59,677 nucleotides of DNA from a virus. Shown here in pieces: positions 49,716-59,294 of the stretch. The translations under genes and the position numbers were made by a program. The stretch is from IMG/VR virus record IMGVR_UViG_3300029581_000014. The stretch is one strand, 5' to 3'. Within the stretch, counting starts at the first letter, position 1. Every line of letters starts with the position of its first letter. Below the pieces are notes generated by a model. That model worked only from the letters and a program-made list of their open reading frames with translations, made no database searches and was not told where the DNA came from.

Positions 49716-50074
49716 TATGGGAAGAATATTTTCCATTTGCTTTTTCCATGGGGATCTCGATAGAAGAGTTCAAACATCTGAATCCTAAAAAATTAGAGTG
49801 GTGCTACAAAGGATATAAACTAAAAAAAGAGGAAGAAGATAGGAACTCATGGCAACGTTGGGGAAATTACGGAATATCTGCATTAATCTTTGCTGTAGAT
49901 CATTGCTTAAACGGCAGAAAAGCACAATCGAAGTATATCGACAAGCCTATTATGGAGCGTCTTGAAACTGCTAGTAACGAAAAGGAATTGCAAAAACAAA
50001 GAAAGGCATTTCTTGCAGGACTTATGGCAATGCAGGCTAATTTTGAATTATCACATCCAAAAAAGGAGAAATAA
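49239..50074 (+). CDS. Tail assembly chaperone G-T fusion made by a -1 frameshift at 49592..49598
   Basis: The -1 frame is open from 49499 to 50074 and contains track ORF 49748..50074. Confidence 0.55.
49592..49598 (+). promoter_or_regulatory. -1 programmed frameshift slippery heptamer T_TTT_TTC
   Basis: In the zero frame it reads GGT TTT TTC. It has the X_XXY_YYZ form in the correct phase. Confidence 0.6.
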
Positions 50075-50076
50075 AC

Positions 50077-50955
50077 ATGAGTTTAACAGGAATTGATGTG
50101 TCCTCATATCAGGGGACGATTAACTGGTGGGCGGTAAAACAGAACGGTATTGATTTTGCTATTTTGAAAATCATCCGCAAGGATTTGAACCCGGACAAGG
50201 AGTTTGAAGAGAACTGGAAAAATTGTGAAGCATACGGAATGAAAGTGCAAGGCGTGTATAACTACAGCTATGCTACCACTGTATCAAAGGCACAATTTGC
50301 TGCTGAGAGAGTGCTTATTATTCTTGGAAACCGTAAGCCTATGGTTTGGATGGATGTTGAAGATGCCGTGATGAAGAATCTCGGTAAGAATCTGATTCCA
50401 ATTATCAATGCTTACGGCAAGGTCATCACCGATGCAGGATTGCAGTTCGGTGTATACACTGGTGAAAGTTTTTACAAGACATACATTAAGCCTTATGGCG
50501 GTGTGAGTTATCCTATGTGGATCGCACGGTATGGCAAGAATAACGGCAAGTGTGATGTGAAGTATCAACCGCAAGTACCGAACATGGTAGGCTGGCAGTA
50601 TACTTCTAAAGGTCGTGTAGGCGGCATTGTAGGAAACGTGGACATGAATGTATGGTACAAGGAGTTAGATGCCGTATATAAGGATTCTACAAGCCATAGC
50701 AACCCTTATACAGAACCGGAAAGACTTCTGTATTACAAGTGTATGGCAATGATGAAGGGAAATGATGTCAAATGGGTTCAGTATGAACTTGTAAGAAAAG
50801 GATTTATGCCGTCTGTAAATTCAAAAGGTAAGCTGAACATTGACGGATGTTTCGGAAAAGCCACTTCCAATGCAGTAAAGGCATTCCAAAAGAGTGTTGG
50901 AATCACTGTAGATGGAAAAGTCGGTGCGGTTACGAGAGAATATCTTAAGAAATGA
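50077..50955 (+). CDS. Endolysin: GH25 muramidase plus PG_binding_1 domain
   Basis: 'GIDVSSYQGTINWWAVKQNGIDFAILK' (GH25) and C-terminal 'IDGCFGKATSNAVKAFQKSVGITVDGKVG'. Confidence 0.8.
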   Translation: MSLTGIDVSSYQGTINWWAVKQNGIDFAILKIIRKDLNPDKEFEENWKNCEAYGMKVQGVYNYSYATTVSKAQFAAERVLIILGNRKPMVWMDVEDAVMKNLGKNLIPIINAYGKVITDAGLQFGVYTGESFYKTYIKPYGGVSYPMWIARYGKNNGKCDVKYQPQVPNMVGWQYTSKGRVGGIVGNVDMNVWYKELDAVYKDSTSHSNPYTEPERLLYYKCMAMMKGNDVKWVQYELVRKGFMPSVNSKGKLNIDGCFGKATSNAVKAFQKSVGITVDGKVGAVTREYLKK

Positions 50956-50961
50956 TTTTAG

Positions 50962-50995
50962 GAGCGGTAGGTGTCACAGCTTACCGCTCTTTTTC
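50962..50995 (+). terminator. Intrinsic terminator (gagcggta/taccgctc + T-run)
   Basis: An 8-bp stem followed by tttttc. Confidence 0.7.
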
Positions 50996-50997
50996 TT

Positions 50998-51023
50998 GGA
51001 AGTGACAGACACTTCCTTTTTTT
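50998..51023 (+). terminator. Second intrinsic terminator (ggaagtg/cacttcc + T7)
   Basis: A 7-bp stem followed by T7, 22 nt before the tape measure gene. Confidence 0.7.
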
Positions 51024-51045
51024 ATTGCGGTAAAGGCGGTGCGGT

Positions 51046-54000
51046 ATGGCAGATATTGATATTGATGATCTTCAAATAAAAATAAGTGCGGATGCGAACA
51101 AAGCCAGTAGTGCACTGAACAAACTTGCAAATAGCCTTGAAAGTTTCCGGAAGAGTGTTGTGTGGGATACTGGTAAACTGTACAGTATCGGTACTGGAAT
51201 CAAAAACATATCGGATGCCGCTACTGGTTTTAAAGGTGCAAAGTCTAAAGAACTATCATCTTTGGCTACGGCACTGAATAAATTTAACAAAGTTGATACT
51301 GTTTCATTACGTGGTGTTGGCTCAGCTATGGAGAATTTGGCACATTCCATGTCTGTCATTCAAAGCATTGATGTGTCTGGAATTACTAGCACAGCGGCAG
51401 CTATCGCAAAACTGGGCGGTAAAAATGCTACACAGGGTACTGCAAACCTACTGGCAATGAAAGACCAGTTAGCAGAGTTTGTAAAAGGTATGAACAGTGT
51501 AGGAACAATGACGTTTGACCCTAGTGGATTGCTAAATACTGCAAATGCGATTAGTAAACTGGGAAGCAAGTTTTCTACACAGGCAACACAGAATCTTCCG
51601 GCACTGTCAGCACAATTACAAAATTTTGTCCGGCAGATGAACAATATCGGTGCACTGAATTTTGACACTGCGAATTTAGCAAATTTAGTTACATCTATCT
51701 CTAAACTGGGTAGTGTAGCATCCGGCAGAGCGGTAGGAAATATCCCTCTGTTGGCTAAAAACCTTAAAGGCTTGTTTGAAACTTTGTCTACCGCACCGAA
51801 CGTAAGCGAGAACATTATCCGCATGACAAATGCACTGGCAGGACTGGCATCTACTGGTGCGGCATCCGGTCGGGCTGCAAACTCTTTGGGCAGAAATCTG
51901 AACAATTATACGGCAAGCGCAAAAAGAGCCACAAAAAGCACATTTAGCCTTGCAGCGGCTTTCGGAAAATTCTACGCAACATATTTCCTTGTTATTCGTG
52001 GAATTAAAAGTCTGTGGAAATCCATAGAGGGAACTACGGACTATATTGAAGCATTCAACTACTACACGGTTGCTTTCAATAAAGTCGGCAAGGAATGGGG
52101 AAAGGACTTTGAAAAATTCGGTTACGACAATGCAGAGGATTATGCGCAGAGTTTTGGAAACCGTGTAAATGAACTTCTTGGCAAAATGTCCGGTCTGAAA
52201 GTAGATGTAGATGGTGGACTGATTTCTGAAAGTGGAATGAAGAATTTGGGACTAAATTTACAGGAGATTACCCAGTACGCTTCACAGCTTGCATCTATCA
52301 CCAATTCTTTAGGGCAGACCGGAGAAGTTACCACGGCAATTTCAAAGTCCATGACAATGCTTGCCGGGGATATATCATCTCTGTTTAACGTGGATTTCAG
52401 TACAGTTGCAACTAATTTACAGTCCGGTTTAATCGGTCAGTCAAGAGCATTGTATAAGTATGGTATTGATATCACAAATGCCACTTTACAGACTTATGCT
52501 TACAAATACGGAATTGAAAAGGCTGTATCTGAAATGTCACAGGCAGAGAAACAGCAGTTGCGTCTACTGGCAATCTTAGATCAGTCCAAAGTGTCATGGG
52601 GAGACTTGGCCAACACAATCAATTCACCAAGCAACATGATTCGCCAGTTCACAAACAATGTGAAAGAAGCTGGCATGGTTCTAGGTCAGTTATTTATTCC
52701 GGTATTGCAGAAAGTACTTCCTGTCATTAACGGTGTCGTAATTGCGATTAAGAGACTGCTTGTCAGTGTGGCAAATTTACTGGGAATCAAGATTGACTTT
52801 TCGTCATTCGGTCAAGGTGTATCCGGGTACAATGAGGATTTGGAAGATACGGCAGATGCACTGGATAAAGTGGGAACAAGCGCAAAAAATGCTCAAAGCG
52901 GAATCAGAGCATTTGATAAATTGAATGTTATTTCTACACCAAAATCTAGTGGAACTGGAAGTGGTGCTGGTGGAGCAGGAATTGACCTTACCAAAGAAAT
53001 CATGGATGCTACTGCGGAATACGAAAAAGTATGGCAGGAAGCGTTTGATAAGATGCAGAATACAGCTATGGGCTGGGCTGATAAGATAGAAAAACTTCTT
53101 GAACCTGTGAAAAAGTTGTTCAAGGATTTGTTCAATGGTGATTTCTTTGAAGCAGGACAAGATTTGTCCGGCATTGTAACAGGAATATTTAACTGGATGT
53201 CCGATGCTATTGCATCTGTAGACTGGTACCAAATAGGTCAAAACATAGGACAGTTCCTTGCCGGTATTGATTGGACTGCTGTATTTACATCTGCAGGAAA
53301 CTTTATAGGACAAGCAATTACAGCGGCAATCGACCTGTGGAAAGGAAGTTTTGATGCCGCACCTATTGAAACCACGATTCTGACGGCAATAGGTCTTTTG
53401 AAATTCACTGGTTTGGGAGATATCCTGTGGAAAGCAATCAAAGATTCTATTGTCTTGTCAATGGGCGGTAAGGCAGGAGCCGGAATCGGAGAAACAATTC
53501 TCGGAAGTCTATTAGGAACTGGAGCGGCAACAGGAGCAGAGGGAGCGGCAGCGGCTGGAGCAACCGGATTGTTTGGTGGTATAAGTGCAGGGGCAGTAGC
53601 GGCAACAGCGGCTATCACAGCAGTTGTAGCAGGACTTGCTCTTGTATATGCAACAAATGAGGATGTTAGAAAGAGTTTCAAGGAATCAATTTCAGCCATT
53701 GCGGATAATCTCACTCCTGCAATGGAGTTTTTAACAACAACGGTTATACCAGATTTACAGAATGCATGGACAGGGCTTGTAGATGTGCTTACTCCGATAG
53801 GAGAATTTTTGAAGACTGCATTCACAAGCATATGGCAGGATATGCTAAATCCGGCATTAAAATATGTCGGCGAAGAAGTGCTTCCGAAATTGCAAAGTGC
53901 TTTTGAAAATCTTTGGAATGGAGTGCTTGTTCCACTCGGAACATTCCTTGGAAATATCTTAAATCCTGCAATTCAGATTGTTGCAGACATACTTACAATG

Positions 54001-54801
54001 CTTTGGCAAAATGTAGTAGTTCCTTTGGCACAAGCATTAGGAAGTGTTTTAGGAGCTGCATTTGATGCAATAGTCGATACCATGAATTTTGTGGTAGAAC
54101 AAGTAAAACCAGTAATAGAAGTATTCAACTTCTTATGGGACAATGTTTTATCTCCCATAGTCACTCATTTGTGGGAAGATTTAAAGCCTGCTTTTGAAAC
54201 TGTTTTTAACGCAATAGGTAATATTATCAAAAACCTTGGAACAGCATTAAAAGGATTAATAAATTTTGTTTCTGGTGTGTTCACTGGAAACTGGAGAAAA
54301 GCATGGGACGGAATAAAAGATATTTTCAAAGGAGTGTTTAATGGACTTGTATCCATAGCAGAAGGATGCGTAAATCTGATTATTGATGGAATAAATGCTT
54401 TTATTGATGGTTTTGGCTTGGTTAGCGGTATATCGGAAGCTATAGGAATAAGCTTCAAGCCAGTACAAATACCTAAAATAAGTATTCCTAGATTTGAAAC
54501 TGGCGGTTACGTTCCAAGCCGATACACGATGTTCATGGCAGGAGAGAACGGCGTACCGGAGATTGCCGGGACAGTAGGCGGCAAGACAGCGGTTGCCGGT
54601 GGAGTTGAAATCACTGGAATCAAAGACGCTATCAATTCCACGGCACAACAGGAAATTGCACTTCTGAAACAGAATAATCAGCTACTGCAAGGAATCCTTG
54701 AAAAAGAGTTTGGAATAACAACAGATCAAATTGGAATTGCCGCAAGGCAATACGGTCAAGAGCAATTTAACCAAAAACACAAGAATGTATATGTATTTTA
54801 A
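51046..54801 (+). CDS. Tail tape measure protein
   Basis: 1251 aa. Ala/Gly/Leu-rich helical repeats and position. Confidence 0.85.
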   Translation: MADIDIDDLQIKISADANKASSALNKLANSLESFRKSVVWDTGKLYSIGTGIKNISDAATGFKGAKSKELSSLATALNKFNKVDTVSLRGVGSAMENLAHSMSVIQSIDVSGITSTAAAIAKLGGKNATQGTANLLAMKDQLAEFVKGMNSVGTMTFDPSGLLNTANAISKLGSKFSTQATQNLPALSAQLQNFVRQMNNIGALNFDTANLANLVTSISKLGSVASGRAVGNIPLLAKNLKGLFETLSTAPNVSENIIRMTNALAGLASTGAASGRAANSLGRNLNNYTASAKRATKSTFSLAAAFGKFYATYFLVIRGIKSLWKSIEGTTDYIEAFNYYTVAFNKVGKEWGKDFEKFGYDNAEDYAQSFGNRVNELLGKMSGLKVDVDGGLISESGMKNLGLNLQEITQYASQLASITNSLGQTGEVTTAISKSMTMLAGDISSLFNVDFSTVATNLQSGLIGQSRALYKYGIDITNATLQTYAYKYGIEKAVSEMSQAEKQQLRLLAILDQSKVSWGDLANTINSPSNMIRQFTNNVKEAGMVLGQLFIPVLQKVLPVINGVVIAIKRLLVSVANLLGIKIDFSSFGQGVSGYNEDLEDTADALDKVGTSAKNAQSGIRAFDKLNVISTPKSSGTGSGAGGAGIDLTKEIMDATAEYEKVWQEAFDKMQNTAMGWADKIEKLLEPVKKLFKDLFNGDFFEAGQDLSGIVTGIFNWMSDAIASVDWYQIGQNIGQFLAGIDWTAVFTSAGNFIGQAITAAIDLWKGSFDAAPIETTILTAIGLLKFTGLGDILWKAIKDSIVLSMGGKAGAGIGETILGSLLGTGAATGAEGAAAAGATGLFGGISAGAVAATAAITAVVAGLALVYATNEDVRKSFKESISAIADNLTPAMEFLTTTVIPDLQNAWTGLVDVLTPIGEFLKTAFTSIWQDMLNPALKYVGEEVLPKLQSAFENLWNGVLVPLGTFLGNILNPAIQIVADILTMLWQNVVVPLAQALGSVLGAAFDAIVDTMNFVVEQVKPVIEVFNFLWDNVLSPIVTHLWEDLKPAFETVFNAIGNIIKNLGTALKGLINFVSGVFTGNWRKAWDGIKDIFKGVFNGLVSIAEGCVNLIIDGINAFIDGFGLVSGISEAIGISFKPVQIPKISIPRFETGGYVPSRYTMFMAGENGVPEIAGTVGGKTAVAGGVEITGIKDAINSTAQQEIALLKQNNQLLQGILEKEFGITTDQIGIAARQYGQEQFNQKHKNVYVF

Positions 54802-54805
54802 CACG

Positions 54806-54840
54806 GACAGCACTCTGAAAATGGGTGCTGTCTATTTTTA
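54806..54840 (+). terminator. Intrinsic terminator (gacagcac/gtgctgtc + tattttta)
   Basis: An 8-bp stem. Confidence 0.6.
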
Positions 54841-54861
54841 TTGAAAAAAGGCGGTGAATGT

Positions 54862-55284
54862 ATGTCAGCATACCAAGGATGGCTTTTAAAAATTGGAGAT
54901 TATGTGATTGACCAGTCAAGATTTATAGCCGCTGAAAGTTATCAGCCGGCTGTAAATATGCAAGATGTAGACCCGTGGCCTGATGCAAATGGATACGTAC
55001 ATAGAAATGCTGTGGAGCTAAAAGCATTAAGTGTTGATTTTTCCACGCCTGCGATGCTGACGGATGACGATTTGCAAGAGTTACTGTCCGGGATACGAAG
55101 AAACTTTATTGATGCAACGGAACAGGGGTGCTATATCACGGCATACATTCCATTTTTAGGTCAATATGTCACACAATATGGATATATGGCTGATATAAAG
55201 CCTACAATCTACGGAACTTATGACGGAGAGATTAAATACAATCAGATAGAATTTTCATTTGTCGGAGGTGTAGCGAATGAGTAA
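54862..55284 (+). CDS. Distal-tail-like protein (140 aa)
   Basis: Internal ATG after aaggcggtg; positioned after the tape measure gene. Confidence 0.45.
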   Translation: MSAYQGWLLKIGDYVIDQSRFIAAESYQPAVNMQDVDPWPDANGYVHRNAVELKALSVDFSTPAMLTDDDLQELLSGIRRNFIDATEQGCYITAYIPFLGQYVTQYGYMADIKPTIYGTYDGEIKYNQIEFSFVGGVANE

Positions 55285-57190
55285 CTATACCTATGCGGAT
55301 TTGTTTGATAAAAGCGCATCCAAAAAGGAAATCACGATTGAAACAGAGGACAAGTCTGTAAAAATCACCAACAGCGAAATCCATTTTGAACAGTTTGAAT
55401 TAAAAGAAATACTATGTGATGATGATTACCTTACCTTTGGACAGTGCAATGCATCACAGTTAAAATTCAAAATTTCAAACGTGTTCACAAGCATGATTGG
55501 GAAACAGATAAATGTTTCTGCTGTGATTAATGGACATACTGACACACCGTTTATTTTCGGCAAATACCGTGTCGTTTCCGATAAACCAACAGATGATAAG
55601 CGTTACAGGAATGTGACTGCTTATGATGCCATATACGACATTGGAGAAGCGGAAGTATCTTCCTGGTATAACGGATTAAAGTTTCCTTTGACGTTAAAGC
55701 AGTTCAGAGACAGCTTTTTTGCATATTTTGGTGTTGAACAGGTAGAAACCACATTGCCTAACGACAACATGGAAGTGGCAGAAACCATAAAACCAAGCGA
55801 ACTTTCTGGCCAGACGGTCATGGAAGCAATCTGCTCGATAAATGGATGTTTTGGCCATATTAACCATGATGGAAAATTTGAATATGTTTTCCTTAAAGAA
55901 ATAATATCCGGTTTATATCCACATAAAGGATTATATCCACAGAAAGGATTATACCCTAGAAAAGGTTCTGAAAAAGAAAAGGTTACTGGTGGAAAATACA
56001 AATCAGTCAGATATGAAGATTTTGTCTGCCAAAAAGTTACAAAAGTGCAGATAAGACAATCAGAAAATGATATTGGTGCAGTTTACCCGGATACAGAAAT
56101 TACCGAGAACGACAACAGTTATATTTTGCAAGATAATTTCCTTGTTTATGGAATGGGGGCAGATGCCCTAGAAACGGTTGCAAAAAATCTGTATGAGGTT
56201 ATTAAAGTTGTAAAATATAGACCTTATAACTGTGAAAAAATAGGAAATCCTTGTTTGAGCCTTGGAGAAGCAGTCAATGTATATACGGCTAAAGAAATCA
56301 TAGAAAGCTATGTGTTGAGTAGAACATACAAAGGAATCCAACAACCGACAGACACCATATCAGCAAGCGGAAAATCTCCAAAGTACAGTGAACAAGTAAA
56401 TGGAATTAACAAAAGTATAATTCAACTCCGAGGCAAGACTAATGAGTTGGAGCGTAATGTAGAAGAGACCCGGTCCGAAATCAAGGATGTAGAGAATGGA
56501 CTGGATACAAAGATTACACAGACAGCTGGAAAGATTGAACTTGAATCAACCCGTGCGCAAGGGGTAGAAACAGATCTGGCGGCGGCAATTTCTGTTCAAG
56601 CCGACCAAATCAAGTTGAAAGTTTCCAAAGGTGATGTCAGTTCGCAGTTGAGCGTTGAGAGTGGACAGGTAAGTATTTCTGGAAACCGTTTTGTATTGGA
56701 AGCAGATAACTGTAGCATATCAGCAGATGGAACTATAACAGCTAAAAATGCAGTAATGACTGGTAGTTTTAAGTCTATAGGGGAAGACGGGAGTTACACA
56801 GAAGTATCATCAGGTGAAATTAAATTTTATAACGAACTATTGCAAAGCACAGGATCTATAAAAGGATTGGGACAATATCTTACTATTGATGCTTCAATGG
56901 TAAGTGTAAGCGGAATTTTAGTGGTAGGAAATGGAGCAACATATAATTCACAATATGTAAAAAACATATCAACAACTTCTCAAATATTAGGCAGTAAGAC
57001 AGTACTGACAAGTGCCACATTAAGTGTCACAAAAAATTATATAAATGGAACCGTATCAGATGTATCTTTGGTAACACAAACAGCCAATGTTGCTGATTAT
57101 CCTGGACATAATGTTAATTTTATTACAGGAGTTTCATCACTTGGAGGTTTGCTCACTGCAACATCTGGAATTGTCACACTTATGACGTAG
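55277..57190 (+). CDS. Tail-associated / minor structural protein (Tal-like)
   Basis: 637 aa; N-terminal pattern of prophage tail proteins; coiled coil in the C-terminal half. Confidence 0.55.
   Translation: MSNYTYADLFDKSASKKEITIETEDKSVKITNSEIHFEQFELKEILCDDDYLTFGQCNASQLKFKISNVFTSMIGKQINVSAVINGHTDTPFIFGKYRVVSDKPTDDKRYRNVTAYDAIYDIGEAEVSSWYNGLKFPLTLKQFRDSFFAYFGVEQVETTLPNDNMEVAETIKPSELSGQTVMEAICSINGCFGHINHDGKFEYVFLKEIISGLYPHKGLYPQKGLYPRKGSEKEKVTGGKYKSVRYEDFVCQKVTKVQIRQSENDIGAVYPDTEITENDNSYILQDNFLVYGMGADALETVAKNLYEVIKVVKYRPYNCEKIGNPCLSLGEAVNVYTAKEIIESYVLSRTYKGIQQPTDTISASGKSPKYSEQVNGINKSIIQLRGKTNELERNVEETRSEIKDVENGLDTKITQTAGKIELESTRAQGVETDLAAAISVQADQIKLKVSKGDVSSQLSVESGQVSISGNRFVLEADNCSISADGTITAKNAVMTGSFKSIGEDGSYTEVSSGEIKFYNELLQSTGSIKGLGQYLTIDASMVSVSGILVVGNGATYNSQYVKNISTTSQILGSKTVLTSATLSVTKNYINGTVSDVSLVTQTANVADYPGHNVNFITGVSSLGGLLTATSGIVTLMT
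55910..55963. repeat. Three tandem 18-nt units encoding (GLYPxK)x3 inside the Tal-like gene
   Basis: ggtttatatccacataaa / ggattatatccacagaaa / ggattataccctagaaaa. Confidence 0.85.
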
Positions 57191-57200
57191 GAGATTTATT

Positions 57201-57503
57201 ATGGTAAAAAAAATATTTATTCTTCAAACGATTATTGGAAAAACAATGAAAGAAGTAATGGAAGAAAGGCAAGAAATTCAGCAATATATAGCTTTTACCA
57301 TTGGAATTTCCACGTTTACGGAAATCAATGCAACATTGTTTAGCACGGAAGATGGCGATGGTTTTGAAGAGTTTATGAAGCAACTTATTGACATGTCGGA
57401 TACAGTGGTTGCACAGAGCGGATATGAAGTATCTGAACTGTGCAAAAATCTGTATTCGTATGCAGAAGAGCAAGGAAAAGAAATCTATGTAAGGGAGAAT
57501 TGA
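57201..57503 (+). CDS. Hypothetical protein (100 aa)
   Basis: Track ORF with SD taggagat. Confidence 0.5.
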   Translation: MVKKIFILQTIIGKTMKEVMEERQEIQQYIAFTIGISTFTEINATLFSTEDGDGFEEFMKQLIDMSDTVVAQSGYEVSELCKNLYSYAEEQGKEIYVREN

Positions 57504-57504
57504 T

Positions 57505-57687
57505 ATGGCAGCAAATTTTGAGATTAAGAAATTAAAAAGCAACCTTGTGACAGTATTAAATCAAACACCGTTGCCTATCGAGGTGAAAAGGCTTGTACTG
57601 TATGAAGTATATTCGGAGACTAAACAGTTATCAGATATGCAGATTATGAAAGAGGAAAGCGAGGTATCTGCAGATGGCAATGAATAA
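57505..57687 (+). CDS. Hypothetical protein (60 aa)
   Basis: Track ORF with SD aagggaga. Confidence 0.5.
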   Translation: MAANFEIKKLKSNLVTVLNQTPLPIEVKRLVLYEVYSETKQLSDMQIMKEESEVSADGNE

Positions 57688-58975
57688 GGTTTATACCAGA
57701 ATTAATTGGGAAGATTATCCCATTGAGAACACGGATTTAGATGCATACAATCTTAATCAGATGGATTCTGCTATTGATGCGTTGGACAATCGTATCATAT
57801 CACAGGATGCCTTAAAAGTAGACAAGTCTGCAATAAACGGAAACATTGCTGATTGGACTATGGATGAAACAACCGGTGTTATTACTATTACAAAATACAA
57901 CGGTGAAAAGATTATTTTTGACCTTAATATTGAAAAAATACCTGTTGGATTTTCCATGTCTGATGACGGAATCATTACCATGACTACAGAAGATGGAACA
58001 CAGTTTACGGCTGATATTGGTTCTATGATTCCGGTGTTGACATTTGAAGATTCTGCAACCATAGCTGTATCCGTGAATGGTACTGGAAAGAATAAGACTT
58101 ATTCTTTTTCAATCAAAACAGGATCAGTAACAGATGCTATGCTACAGCCTAATTATTTAGCAGATATTAGAGTAGAATCCGCAAATGCATCTGCTTATGC
58201 GCAATCCGCAAATGCAAAATCTGTATTGGCTGAATCTTATGCCATAGGTGGAACCGGAACAAGAGAAGGAGAAGATACCGATAACGCAAAGTATTATATG
58301 GAGCAGGCAAAACAGCAAACAGGAGGTATACCTACAAAGGTTAGTGAATTAGAGAATGACGCTGGATATATCAAAAAAGATGTTGATAATCTTGTGAATT
58401 ACTACGACAAGACCACTACCGACCAAAAATTAGCAAATATTGATTTAACTGATTATCTAAAAAAGACGGGTGATGCTTCCAACACAACCGTAACATTCAC
58501 AGAGCCTACAGAACTGGAACAGCCGACTACAGGTGAAAAACTCAGCGGAATTATCGGCAAGGTTAGCCTTGCGATAAAGAACATCAAAACATTAATTTCT
58601 CTAATAGGAAATACTGATATTTCATCAATCGGAAACGGCACTGTCACGGGGGCAATTAGTGATGTAACTGGCAAGTTAGAAACTACAACTGAAGCGACTT
58701 CCCATGATAATATCACTGGTATATTCACATACACCAAAATCGGTAATATATGTATTGGATGTGGTACATTAACGGTAACAAGTGATATAGATGCATACTC
58801 CGCTATAGTTAGTAATCTACCACAAACGTATACAGGTAATCCTTATCCTGGTGCCTTTGTTGCAGAGGATAATACTTATAATGATTTTTATATCAATGGT
58901 TCAGCAATCGTAAACCGTAAGCCCGTATCAAAAGGGCATATATTGAGGCTATCGTGTGTCTATATGTGTCAATAA
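57674..58975 (+). CDS. Tail fibre / receptor-binding protein
   Basis: 433 aa. N-terminal 'RINWEDYPIENTDLDAYNLNQMDSAIDALDNR' is typical of Firmicute phage fibres. It is the last structural gene. Confidence 0.6.
   Translation: MAMNKVYTRINWEDYPIENTDLDAYNLNQMDSAIDALDNRIISQDALKVDKSAINGNIADWTMDETTGVITITKYNGEKIIFDLNIEKIPVGFSMSDDGIITMTTEDGTQFTADIGSMIPVLTFEDSATIAVSVNGTGKNKTYSFSIKTGSVTDAMLQPNYLADIRVESANASAYAQSANAKSVLAESYAIGGTGTREGEDTDNAKYYMEQAKQQTGGIPTKVSELENDAGYIKKDVDNLVNYYDKTTTDQKLANIDLTDYLKKTGDASNTTVTFTEPTELEQPTTGEKLSGIIGKVSLAIKNIKTLISLIGNTDISSIGNGTVTGAISDVTGKLETTTEATSHDNITGIFTYTKIGNICIGCGTLTVTSDIDAYSAIVSNLPQTYTGNPYPGAFVAEDNTYNDFYINGSAIVNRKPVSKGHILRLSCVYMCQ
58663..58678. repeat. Inverted repeat, left copy: TGTAACTGGCAAGTTA (inside the tail-fibre gene)
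   Basis: 15 of 16 positions match the reverse complement of 59234..59249. Both copies encode V(T/N)GKL in the same codon phase. Confidence 0.85.
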
Positions 58976-59266
58976 TTATTTAGCCGGTGCAAATGCGAGA
59001 TTATATGTACCACTCGATCCAAATATAACGGAGTCTCCGGATGCAAATGGAATACATACCGCTATAGGATTTTCTGATGATGTACATAATGCCAAGAAAT
59101 AATTTGCATTCTTGGATGATCGGATAGATGCCCAGCCATTCACTGCACCCTGTATTGTTCCAATTACATATCCATTAGTTATACAAGTGTAATTAGATTG
59201 TATGGCTACAGCAGATTGATAGTCAGGAGCAATTAACTTGCCATTTACAGAAGTAGTGATATCCAA
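58976..59266 (-). CDS. Promoterless, SD-less inverted ORF: candidate alternative tail-fibre C-terminal cassette
   Basis: Track ORF (nominal TTG start) with no SD. Its stop abuts the tail-fibre stop (TAA|TTA). It lies just downstream of the repressor terminator. Confidence 0.45.
   Translation of the reverse strand: MDITTSVNGKLIAPDYQSAVAIQSNYTCITNGYVIGTIQGAVNGWASIRSSKNANYFLALCTSSENPIAVCIPFASGDSVIFGSSGTYNLAFAPAK
59234..59249. repeat. Inverted repeat, right copy (reverse complement TGTAAATGGCAAGTTA)
   Basis: See the left copy at 58663..58678. Confidence 0.85.
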
Positions 59267-59294
59267 TGGGCGGAGATTAGAAGCAAAAATAAAT

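Noticed and set aside
57674-59266. Diversity-generating retroelement acting on the tail-fibre C-terminus.
   Set aside because: No reverse transcriptase ORF and no template/variable repeat pair occur anywhere in the genome. The inverted cassette geometry fits site-specific inversion better.
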